Shown: piece by piece, positions 24,354-37,500 of the stretch
Numbering within the stretch: position 1 is the first letter of the stretch
Layout: the number at the start of each line of letters is the position of its first letter
DNA from: Oopsacas minuta
Taxonomy: Eukaryota; Animalia; Porifera
Direction of reading: 5' to 3'
Length of the DNA: 64,000 bases
Assembly (NCBI GenBank): GCA_024704765.1
Contig: JAKMXF010000334.1
Coordinates: 124,001-188,000, forward strand
Position numbers and translations under genes: made by a program
Notes under the pieces: generated by a model
Told to the model about the DNA's origin: nothing
The model's database searches: none
Seen by the model: the letters and a program-made list of their open reading frames with translations, nothing else

Positions 24354-25517
24354 TGAACACTTCCGATATTTAGGTATTTAGGTAATTCTCTATGTGTTAG
24401 ATGTAGTGATTAGAATCAATATTTAGAAATGTGTTTTTATGATTAAGGTTAAATGGTGATAATCTTTTTTGATTATTTTCTCGATATATTTGTGATTAGA
24501 TCGTTACGCTATGAATAACTTGTTAATATTTCTAATTATCCGTGTCAGTACATAACGTTCGGTAGGTCGATAAGTCGAGATCGCTTGAAGTAGATTCAGA
24601 ATGCTTCTTAAACTACAGTAGATTTAGGATAAGACATATAGCCTGCTATTAATGGGATTCTACTTTACAGTTTACTTAACCTAGACGTATAGAAACAAGT
24701 TACTTAGTATGTAGCTCGCTCGTATTATAGTATTGACTGTTACTATATAGTACAGCGGGGTTCCCCAATTAGCAAATTGTATTTTGCATGAATTTCCTTG
24801 CTAACACGCGAATCAAAAAATTGAAATTTGGTATTAGACGAATTGCTAATAGGTGAACACGACAGTACTTCTGATACGTTGCAGTTCTATAGGAGGTATA
24901 TAATCTAATTGAGGAATATATGAATTATGGAGTAGGAATTGATCTGACAACTTCAAATAGAAGTACAGCAAACTTCATTTTCCTTTGAACAATATGCTAA
25001 CAGCAATGGATATTAGCCAATAAATGTAATTCTGTAAGGCATTCCAGTAAACATATGATATACTAACAACTAGCTTGTTCGAGAGCTGAGAAATGTTCTC
25101 TTTAAATAAACCATTGAATTTTTGTACCGATAGATGTCACTTACTTCGATTGTAATATTATCGACACAGTTATAACTGATTTCAGGTAGTTAATGGCTAC
25201 GAACACGGTGTTCGTACAGTATACTCTCGTTATTCCGAATACAATGCTGATACTAGCTGATAGGATCCTTGGAAACAGCGCAGGGTCGTATCAAGCAGTA
25301 TTCTATTGGCCAGGTTAATCTATACAAACATTTATGCAGCCACCAAAAGTTGGTCCTGTCGGAACCTGACCAACCGGATCGTCTCCTACGGCCATGTAGC
25401 GTATATACTAAATCCTATAGTCTTCAATGTTATTCATTAATCCAAACGATATTATATTTCACTGCTACCAGGCTGTACGGATTAATGAGGATATACTGCT
25501 ATTAGTTTATATATAGC

Positions 25518-28500
25518 ATGATGGATATTAATGCACAGAGTATGGTAAGAGCCGTTTCTATAAAGATTGCTAGAATTGAGGTCACAGACTTTGCAAGGAA
25601 TATTGGAGATTTTAATAATGTGAGTTATGATAATCAATGAATGTATTATTACGATAGACTACGGTTAATAGGGTCACGTCTGGCGGGACGCACCAGGTTA
25701 TTTGACCCAATTTAGCTGAATATAATGTATTGACCGATTTCCAGGCTAAATCAGGCCATATAATTTTTTCCATGGGAAAATATTGGTTTCCTCAAATTCC
25801 ACTAGGTATCAGAGAACAGAACATACATCACAAAATCGTCAAACACGTTTAATCGGCCACCCTATTAAGAGGATTCTACTGTAGATTTATGGTTTATACC
25901 TTTACTTCCAAATTAGGTATATATTCTCAAGTCTGTATGGTCTGGAGAACCAACGAAGTTAATTCTAAGATCATACTACCAGCTATGGCATTATCAGGTT
26001 AGAAATTTATTTCACTGAATTATTCCATATGATTTCTAATAGATGAAATATATATATATATATATACAATTGACATACGCTATCTCAAAAAATATGTTCG
26101 AAATAACGAATGCACCATTAGCACATAGTCAGCCCGCGGGCCTTGCGGTTCGAAATGCCTTTCGGTTCTTCTCTCAACAGGCCGACACTACGTACTACTC
26201 AATAGATGTCTGGTAATTCAATACGACTTGGTAATTTTATTCATCTATAGCTTCATTTTATCCATTTTTTGGGGATCTGATAATATACGTACAAATATTG
26301 TTATTATGCGAGTTGCTCTATGTATGTTCAACTTAGTGTTTGCTGGAGAAACACATTAAAAAGACACCAAGCCTGAAGGAAGTCCTCCCTCCTCTACCAG
26401 GTAATTACACTCATACAATTCTTACTCGTATTTTTCAATATAACTACGCTCCGCGAAGAAACCAAACTAACCAATTACCATTAGAATAGAACTATCCATC
26501 TCACTTTTTTCTTCATTCGTGGTAGTACTTATGATATTTAGCTGGGTGGGGATAATTCATTTCATACGAGGAAACCTGTGCACATAGATAATTTTAACCG
26601 ATAACTGCTGGGAAAATGTGTGATTTTATGACGTCAAAAGGTGCTAAAATCTCTTGATAATGATAGGTATCTATGAAATTTAGATTGGTTCATATTATTT
26701 CCTATTCATTCATTAAAACTACGTCTTAAATATGAATATTTTCAGGTATCAGGATAAATCCTTAACTGGAAAGTATCATAATTCCCCAAATCACATCCAA
26801 TCCAATGTATTGCTAGCTAAAGAAATATATTAAATTAATTGTTTATCTCCCTTTACAATCTGGAAAATCCAGATTTTTTGGAGAAACCCAGCAACAGCCA
26901 CGTGTACATGTTCTACTATCACATCAGCATATTAAAGTATTACGTTGCTAATTAGTATATCAAATAGATTAATCTGACATCAAAAACAAGAAAAAGTTCA
27001 TTTATTTGTTACGCCCCTTGTTAATTATCTACCCACAAGAGATAAAATGCTGTTTTCTGATAACACGAGACAGACAGAGTTAATTTTAGTCAACAATTAT
27101 GAATGTGAATTGTTAGGAAACAGGACAGATTGTATTATACGGCCCTTACGAACCAAAGCAGTAAATAGATTTCTGCTTTTGTTATATTTGTTCCCTCATA
27201 TCAGGGGCTTGGCGGTCACGACTCAAATTAGTGCAGGATCAATATATTCCAGTTCAAACAGTGCCATCCTAGGAGAGTGCCTGCAAAAAAAAGTGCCGTT
27301 GTCATATTGTAATCCTCCCCCTCGGGAAGAATACTATGTAATATTCTTCCCAGGGGGTAGTAAAGTTTCCCCTATTCAAAAATTTGATAATTCTTACTAC
27401 AGTTGAGTCTCTTTAATACGTACACCAGAGGACTGCGAATATTCCTACTTATCCGGAGCACGTATTATCCGAACTAATTTACATTGAAAAGGCATCGAAG
27501 GGGACTGATAAAGTGTACAAATTTGTACTCCTTATCCGTGTCCGTATTAACGAGACTCTACTGTAATTGTATTTTGCTAATCACTGGAGATTATAGCCTT
27601 TGTTTCCTAATAGTTGTAAATATTTCTACTTTTGATATTTGATTATAATTCCTTAGAGGATGGTTTGTCGTATTTTATGATTTATTCCTGTCTTCGGATT
27701 TTTTCGCATTAGATCTGCAAGATGGGTGCTTCTCTTGATCTCCATTCTAATTAGATGCAGATTTAATAGCTATTTAGTACTTAATGTGACTAGTAATAGT
27801 GCAAATTGGGATAGGGGGAATACTATGTACAGTAGAGTCTCATTAATACATACTCCGGACAGGGATGATGCCAGGAAATCCCCGACAAGGGGGCTTAGGT
27901 CCCTAATGGGGGGTCTAAATTTGTGATATAAATCCTATACTACACTGTTTTACTAGATAGAATTCATATTCTTGTCAAATTTCTTCCAATTCCTTCCCCG
28001 ACGGGGGGCTGTAACCCTCCGCCCCGCCCCCCCTAGCGCCACCCCTGACTCCAGATAAGGAGAACGTATTTCCCCTGGTGTACGTATTAACGAGAGTCTA
28101 CTGTAAGGCATTTTCCCCCCGAGAAAATACTATATGGGAAATTTACTATATCACATCGGTCTACAAATTCTGGATAATGTCCTACCTCAGACATGCAAAA
28201 TCCAATATTTGTATTTGTTTCTCGTTTTCCTCGTACAAGATTGCAGCATTGATATTGACTAGGGGTTTATAGGGCCTTTTGTTTTCTAGAAAAATCACTC
28301 AGTCATGTGTGCATACTCGTTAGAAATCAGAATCTTTTAATCAATTATATTACATACGTATAACATAATATACTGACAATCAATAATCACGAACAACTCA
28401 AAAATATTTACAACATTATAATAATCTGTATAACACGTATATACTGGTTATGCCCTATTCTTAATAACACATACCATTACGATTCGGAATATAAAAGTAA

Positions 28501-31500
28501 TGATTAAATTCATTAATTCTAAACACAATTGTTCGTTCTCTCTCTCACAAATTTCATGACCTCTCTCAGCTATGGAGGGATCATCCAGTTCCACGATCCG
28601 CTCCTCTGCTCCTACGTTGCAACGCGCCAATTTTGACTGAATCAGCTTTGTCTTCTTGATTAGCTTGCGGTGCGAACTGGACTTATGCGTGTAATCAGGT
28701 GGATGTCCTAATTCTATGTCTCTTATTGGATCTCCGTAAAATGGTGTGATTAGCAAACGACAATCTCTATTGCTATATCTTGTTGACATGTTATTCTGTG
28801 TTGTTATTTGTTTATATTAAGGGGAAAGGCCCTTTGCACTAGTATTTATACCCTCTCTTAAGTACTACATCCTTTACACTACAGATACGTTTTCAGTAAA
28901 GTACCTACTAAATGTGTTAATCATTAGCAACTACCTCGTGGTGTCATTGTGTTGTGTTGTCTCCAAGTGCTTACAAATAAGTACTCCTTTAATTTTGAAG
29001 CCAAGAAAATTTGATCTCAACGATAATTTATATTATTTGAGGTTTTCACTAGTTCCATTGTTGCATCACTTTATCCAACGGACTCCAACCTCCACTGAAA
29101 CTCATAAGCTTCATCCTGCCAAATTGTGAATATTTCAGATAAAATACTGAAGTTCTTTAAAACAGAACGAATGGGTTCCTCTCTCTGTGGCGGAACTAGG
29201 GGGTCACACAGCATTTGCCTTGATTTGAAAATCCTGGCTCGGCTCCGTCATTGTCAGATCATGGGACCCCCGATCCTGGTTCCTCTACCCTCTCACACAT
29301 ATTTAGGGAATGTATTGCGTATCAATTCAAGTAAAGAATTACAATCTGTATTTTAATATTTCCATTCTATTATTAGTTGTAGAAGACACAGATCATATGG
29401 CTATCATAGAGCAATATCTGATGGTAAGATTATACACAAATATGGTTATGTAAACTTCTTTCATTACGAAATAAATACCGGTTATACGGAAGTGATTTAT
29501 TACATCCCTCTAGCTCGCAAGTTGCAAGTAGTTTATTTTACTCATATATGACTATATGACTCTGAGCCCTAGATTCATTTAGTCATAGATTCCTCAGATT
29601 CTGAGGTCTGTCATGCCACAACTGGTCCTGGACCTGTGATAGTCGACCATAACTGTTCTCTTAAATAAGTTATGGTTGACTCTATCTGGTTCTATTCGTC
29701 CTTATCTCCTGGTTGTATCTGATAACGATATCTAGCCTTTTATCGAATCAGTAAATAATATTCGATTGTTATGTGTGTTTTGTCCACAATTTGAGCTGTA
29801 GTGATGATATTTACCTTGGATTACTTTCAGGCCTGCTCCTCTATGTTGTCTGGATGGTTAACCTCCTGGTTGTCAAACAAGTTATTGCATTCTAACCATT
29901 TAGAGCGTTAAAGGTCCCACTTCGAAAAATGGAATAGCGGAAATTTGCTCAGGGGCCTGCAATTGATCAAAAATACTTAGCAATAAAGCCAAATCTTAAC
30001 TTAGAATCCTTAGATATGCATTGATAAACTTAAAATAACCAAATTCCAATCGATCATACAATTACAGTAATCTTCTCTGTTCTATTTTAATAAATTTCCT
30101 TTTCTATTTATTTCTATAATTTAGAGTTTAGTTCTGATGGTACGTAACGGTTCTTCAATGTCAGCAATGATAAGGAATCTGTTTCTACCCTGGGATTCTG
30201 ATGAAATAACTAAACAGTAAGTAATGTGCAAATCCTGTGCTGTAAATGTGATACTGGTACAGTTATCTGAACTCTTGACATTTGTATGATACTGCTATCA
30301 GGGAATCCCCTGCTATCATATACTAAACCTGAAATAAAGTTTATTCGATTCCCTAGAGCTATGAATGTGAATATAGTTTCCTGCTCAAACGTAATTTGAT
30401 TTACCCGTCTCGTTATATGCTAAATTATTATAGAAGAGTTGTGAGCAATGATATGGTGCCTAACTACTTCTAATTCATAACATTCATTTTAATAGTGTCC
30501 TTATTCGGATAAGATGGACAGTGGAACCTGCATAAACCGACACCTCTATAATCCGAAAGTGTTTCTAATAGCTTCCTACTATTTGCTAAACCGACTATTT
30601 TCATGCCCAGCGAGTATCTGTTTCCGCAGGTTCCACTGTAGTAAATTTGGTTGCCGAATGGGTAAGTCTTATCTGAGTTCTACTGTAACTTATTTGTGTC
30701 TCAATTATCTATGATCGGTACAATAGGACTTGTTATGCTCTATAGAAGAGTAGTTCGCATTGCTTTACTTATTTTTCTAGGGAATATCTGTCTGATAGCT
30801 CAAAATCTCCCACTAAATCAGATCGAGAAGTTGTTGGATTAAAGAGTGAGTATTTTTTGGTATTTATTTATTTGTTTGTCTTTGTTAGTTTGTCTCTTTG
30901 TGGTTTTGAGTTATTTGGGTAGAATTCGGATAAGACGTAATATTGTACTTTCTTGCCCATTGTATCCGATAATAGCAAGTCTTTAAGTCTATTTAAGATT
31001 TCAATAATCTTCTCAAAAAGTTTTCAATTCCTCCTCCAAGCACTATCATTACTGAATTTGATTATAAAACACAACCTGTGGTTAATCAAACATGAATGTA
31101 ACTTTGAAATCACTCAATTAACTATCTAATGCATTCCTGACATTACTCAGTAGAAATTATTCTAACACAACAGCAATATTATTATACATCAAAGTGTCTC
31201 TATTTATGGAGAATAATCTCTTATAAATAAGAAGATTGAAGTTGATAGTCCATACATATTTCTTTGTTAGAATCTCCAAACATTTCCACATCCCTCACCG
31301 ATTTTTGGATTCTCTGTTTCATGGCTGATTCTGAATCTTTCGATTCAGCATCTAATGCTTCTCTTTCTTCAGAAGAAGAAATAGACAGAATATTCTCCTC
31401 AGTTCAATGGGAAATAAGTAATACTTTTGATCAGTTACTTCTTGCAGTAACGAAGAGGCGAGATTTATTGTTAGATAAATTGAATAATATTCGGACAAAT

Positions 31501-34500
31501 TACGAGAGAAAGACTAAACTATTGAATGACGATATTCAAGGACTAACTTCTATGAAGGATAGTATTCTAGGGACAAACCATCGTGATTCTCTCAAACTAT
31601 CTTCTTTAGCAAGGAAAAACTGTCTTGAAGAAGTTGAATCCGGGATGAGAGAGTCGAGTTCTCCTTTAGCATCACCCGTTCCTGAATTCAACTGCGAATT
31701 TGATAGTTTACTCGCGAAAATCGCGGAATTGGGATCACTTGCTGACTGCAGAGGTATGTATGATGGAAAGAACAGACCGTATAGAGCAATTGGCAAGCAG
31801 GGTCATGGTAAAAATGAATTCCACAATCCAAGAAGTGTATTCTTGGACGAAAAACGGAATGAACTTTACATTGTAGATGCTGGTAATGCTAGAATAAAAA
31901 TACTGAATATTCCATATTTTGAATTCAAGCATGAATTCGGCAAGAAATATTTGTTGTCTCCATGGGGTATCACTATATGGGAAGATTTCATTTTTGTAAC
32001 AGATGAATCTTTGAATCAACTTTTAAAATTCTCATTGTCTCGGTTCAAACTTGTTTCATGTTTGGGCTGTAATGATGACGAATTTTTTAATGATCCACGC
32101 GGTATATGCACTGGAAACAATGGCGATATCTACGTAGCGTATTTAACCACAAATCGAGTTGCAGTGTTCACCCCAGAATTAGAATTCAAACAGTACATCG
32201 GAGAAACTCAACTCTACCATCCACATGATGTGAAATTCTCAACTCAGATATTATTCGTATTAGACGAATCTCCCTACTGTATCCACTTGTATAACACAAA
32301 TGGACACGAATTGTATCGAGTGGTGAAGCGTGGCGTAAACAGTGATGTTCTACACGCTATCTTCTTCTATCTGGACTCATTCAATAATATATTTATCAGT
32401 GATGTGCATGTGAATTCTATCAAAGTATTCTCAAAATCTGGTCTGCTTATCCATGATATTAAGGAAGCTGTGAATACTCCTAAGGGCCTAGCACTCACTA
32501 GTAAGAATCAACTGATCTCTTGTAGTGGCTCTTATCATAGAATAGAAATATACTGATAGAGATTATTAAGATAATATTTATTTTATTGTATTTCTATTAC
32601 TTTATTTATACTGAAAATTCTATACATTTATTATACGCGTATATTTTATCGAAAAAATGGAAATTTTTTGCTAATTTTATCCAGATTATTCATAAATAGG
32701 ATTAATTCACTTAATTATCGTTATAACATTTCAAAATATTGACAAACAGACAGACAACTAACCTCGAATAGTACCAGAGGTGTTTACTATTATAGGCCAA
32801 GGTAGTGGGCAGAGATTTGGCTCCCTAACAGTACATTTTGATACACAGATACCAATCTCACTGATATTTTATAAGGAATCTCCCGGGTTGATGAGACTCC
32901 AGTTGGCTTTTGTGAAATATGAGGCGCTCTTAACATGTTCCCCATATGAAAAACTATTCTAGGTAATGCGTTGTATGTCAAGATAGTATTTATAATAACC
33001 TTATTTGTCTAGATTGGTTTAAAGTTGTCGGTAACTTTAGTAGTGATGACATAGAGCTGTTGAATGTATATGAAGGAGATCTTGTTCAGAACTTAGGCAG
33101 TGTACAACAAGGTATTCAGGTAGAACTTAATATTATTCTAATACTGAATTACACTCAGTCAATTCCCATTTTACTAACGCTTAGAAATATTGCATAACTC
33201 TACAAGGCAGTTTTGCATGCAAATTGAAAGCTAAGGGGAAAATGCATATTTACTTTTAATCAAATTTGGGACGCCAACAATGCCCCGTTTCACCTTTCTG
33301 CCAATTCCCTGATTGTGAAGGTCCACAATACTTGTTATTCATAGTACATAATTATATATTAACACAGTATATTACATTTTACATCATTAATGATGACTTA
33401 ACATAATAGGATGGTGTTTCTGTAAACGAGAACAAGAGTTAGGGAAATTACCACATGCTATTCTTACTCCATGTACTCTAACACTTGACCAAATAGAAAC
33501 TGAGCGTATTCGGTTATTAGAAATCAGAGATTTCAAATCTGTAACCAGCTATCCTTATCCTTCTAACCAATTCCCTGCACCTGAATGTGACTACGTAGAA
33601 ATGAATCCTCTTCTCTTTTCTTCTGAGGTAGCTAATAGTTCCCCGAGGAAACCTCCTCCCTTCAGACCTATAAGAGACAAGCTACCTACAGTTTCTATGA
33701 GTAATAAGAGCAAGCAGTCTATTCCAAATTCTCCTAAGTCACTTCCTAATAATCTTACTGTTTCAGCATCAGCATCTCCTATAACAGCTAATAGTAAAGT
33801 TGGTTAGTTTATTTCTCATATTATTACTCTCATTCAGTTTAATCTAGGATAAATTACAGGCACATTGGATGACGGTTATAAGAACTCTCTTAGGAGGGAG
33901 GAGTAATACATGTACTTAGAACCGATATAAAATATATATAGCAATATACAAGAAACATTTCCAGGGGATGGTGTTACTTGTATATCGAAGTGCTAAGATC
34001 CGCTCTTTAATTCGTTATTGGCAAATATATGCAAGGTTTCATTTAGGGGGCATTCGCTTCCCCCTTACATAGCCAAGACTCTAGTTTGTCCCCCCTCTTG
34101 TCTAAATGTTTGGATGAAACATTGTTAGGTTCAGGGGTGGTGAAAATGTCATTAACGACAGTTGTAAATTTTAATTGCTATTCTCTATACAGCACTTGTG
34201 TCCTCACCTGTAGCAGAAGATAAGGCTATAACATCTCCTGTATGTAACAAATATGTAATCAGTGATTTTGAAGATACATTGACAGAGGATACACCATCAC
34301 CAACAGGATCTAATTCACCTGTTACACCTACTGTTATTAATAAGCTATCATTACACAAATCTAGATCTAAATCTCTACTCATTGGTCATAAGAAGTCATC
34401 TCCTACAACAGAGGTTAGGATATATACAAATACACATTAATCGGGTCGCTTGTAAAGGTTTCAAGCTCGGCCAAGGCCGGGTTTGGGCTTCTTCTGCTTG

Positions 34501-37500
34501 CCTTGGGGCCGGCAGGCCTCTGACTTGTATACTTTCAGCCATGTGGCCCGGTGCGAACTCTAGTCACTTGACCACAGGAACAGGTTACAGATCTATGCTA
34601 CTAGTGTTAAATTAATCTGTTTAATCCGGCCAAATGCTACTTTCCGCTTAATTCAAAATCCAATTGAGCCAAAGTAATTCGGTTTTGTGTCTAGTAACTC
34701 TCATTATGTCAAAATATCGAGCCAAGTTAACATTATCTCGAACCATCCCTAATAATTAATACATTACTAGCATCGAGGTAATCTCCATATTCGGTAAATA
34801 TTGGATCTTCGTTTTGTCGACTAACTGCACTGAAATTTCTACCAACCTGCCAATATCAGTAGGCCATCGATTATCCGCCACCTCGGTTGTCCGAACAGCT
34901 GGAAGAACCTTTAGTTTGTAAACATGGTTGCAATTTATGTGGTCATTTTACGTACATATTGGCATAAATATACTATCAAATATTCAAAATATCATCTCTT
35001 CATATATCCCCGAACAGTGAATTTTATTTAGGAAAATACACTATTAGTTATCCGAACGCCAAACTTGGAAGTGTATAACGTAGGTGTGGATGATCGAAGG
35101 GGTACATAACTCTTGTAGAAATACACTGAATACTGGTATAGCAAATGCTGTAAGACAATTTTCTAATGAATATATGCAAGGATAGTGAAAATGCTATGTG
35201 ACGAGAAACATGTAAAACGGCTATGGAATATTCAAATAACAGGGCTTTTCACAAGTCAGCAGATTCTATATCGAGTCATCAAGTCACTCATGACTCGCGA
35301 TATATGCTGGATGACTCGAGTCATCGGGCCGCTCATGAGCTATGAGATGTTCTTGCCTCAATCATCTGCGAGGCATTTCAATGACTTAAAAAGCCCTGAA
35401 TATTTTCAATTTAATACTTAATCTTCTAGAAGAAAGCACCTCCATTCTGTAATCCTGAGACACGAGTCAGCAAGATAGATTACTATGCTAAGAGTTCTGT
35501 GAGAGCATGGGAGGAAGTCAAGAGAGCTCAGTTACAAGATCAAACTATAAAGCTTACTTGTGTTATACACAAAGATACAGGTATGATATTACAGTAGATA
35601 TTTGATATTTGATACCACGTGTATTATGGCGATTGGAGCTGCTGACCCATTTTTTTGGAAAACTTATGAAAAGTGGGTCACCCATTGTCGATAATGGCTG
35701 ACCCACTTTTCATATTTCCCGACGATCCTATTATTCTTGTGTATTATTAATTTACGTGAATTTTTCCTTCATTTTACGTATTCTATCAATTATTTCCTAA
35801 TACAATTATCCTAAAATCTGGCCATATCTAACAGAGTTGGAATCTGGTTCACTTTTCAGATCTGAGCCCAAACCCAATTCCAACTCAGTTTTAGATATCA
35901 AATATTTGTTCTATTCATTCCAAATTACATGCAGTGTAATCTGGATAACCAAGAAGCTATCACAACTAATGTTAAGCTTGGAATTTATTGACGTGTATTT
36001 GTCAATTTCGATTCTACCTTAAGTCTTGAGACTTGAGTGGAAAACTTTAATTGAGAGCGAGAGAACAATATAAATATATTGATTCAATGTAATATTCATT
36101 GTTTAGTTCGTCCTGGCTGTGCTCTGTGTGCACGTTCCCAATGGATGGCAGCAGAGAATGACAATGAGGAGATATACCAGTGTATAGAGCCACATAGATC
36201 TGCTCAGCAAACACAGCTCATAGTAGATCAAGGAGATCTTGTTAAAGTTATACAGAAGAATAAAAATGGATGGTGGGATGTCAGGTAGCACTATTGATAA
36301 TTATTTCAATATAATTGAGACTGCGGAGTCTTAACCAATTAAATATGCTACTTTGATGTTTGTACAATTTCGACTAATACGCGGGGATTTTCGATATTCC
36401 GTGTTAGATAACTCTAATTGAGAATTCATAATTTCCAATTGTCGCGATTTTCGGCAATGTTGAGCGTCATTTCCCGAAGCGACAGAAAGCCTAATGCTCC
36501 ACAACCTGTCAGTATATTTTCTTCATCCTGGTTAGCATGTATGAAAATTTGAGATATCAAATTCGCTATTATCTCCTCAATTTCTATTTATAGCTTTTTT
36601 CTTTTCAATATAGTATAGTGCGGGACAAAAGCAAAGCTATCAAGAGTATACCTGCTACTAAATTATCAAGAGAAGTTAGTTTAATTTTATTCATTTGGTC
36701 ATCTATATCGTATCCCCCTAATAGTTTACTCGGCATTGATTGTTATAACGTCCATTTTCGAGGTTATAAATTCTCATTTCTCATCTCCTATCACCTGCAC
36801 AGGTCCTAAAATTCTGAGAGTTTCTTTGCGCATAATTCCAAAATCGAGGAAAATTGAAACAACGAAAAATCGGAGTTTAGAGGACAAATATCAAAGCGAA
36901 TTTTCCAAACGAAATATCGGGGCGAAGAATGTTGTAATTTACAGGATTTGAATATACTTTCCAAAATCTGAAAACTCTATTGATGCTCTGAATACTTTAT
37001 ACATACACCATCTAATTATATTACACGCGTTTCAGTCATTGATCCAGGGTTTGTAATGGGTATATATGTGTAGCCACCTAACTTAACTCCCTTATTCAAA
37101 TACAGTCAACTCCCGTAATATCGAACACGGATATATCGATATCTGTTATCGGTCAAAGTAACATATATTTCCATTGGTTATATCGAAATAATCATCGCGA
37201 TCCCTTGAGCTTCGTTATAACGGAAGTTGACACTTGACTGAATTCATAATTCACAATGTTGGTTTGGGGTTACACCAATCAAGAATCATGTTTAAGTGTA
37301 ACTCGGATAAGATAGATAGACAATACTTTAATGGATATCTTATCATTATCTAGCCTCACCCACATCCCTCAAAGTCAAAACCATTCGTTCTGCAAAGGTT
37401 TGTTATAAAATACAAGACATTTTGATCACGTAGGGATAAGAATAAGTGACCATAACTACTACGAATACGCGTTAGTCAATTACTAAAAATCTCAAAAATC

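Noticed and set aside
24950-25500. ORF 25269-25505 and other exon-like pieces upstream of the PX gene
   Set aside because: Linking them requires introns of about 27 nt, below the 51-nt minimum confirmed here, and no domain match.
26120-26190. tRNA-like GGTTCGAA motif
   Set aside because: No cloverleaf, acceptor stem or A box; sequence belongs with the short GC-rich repeat family.
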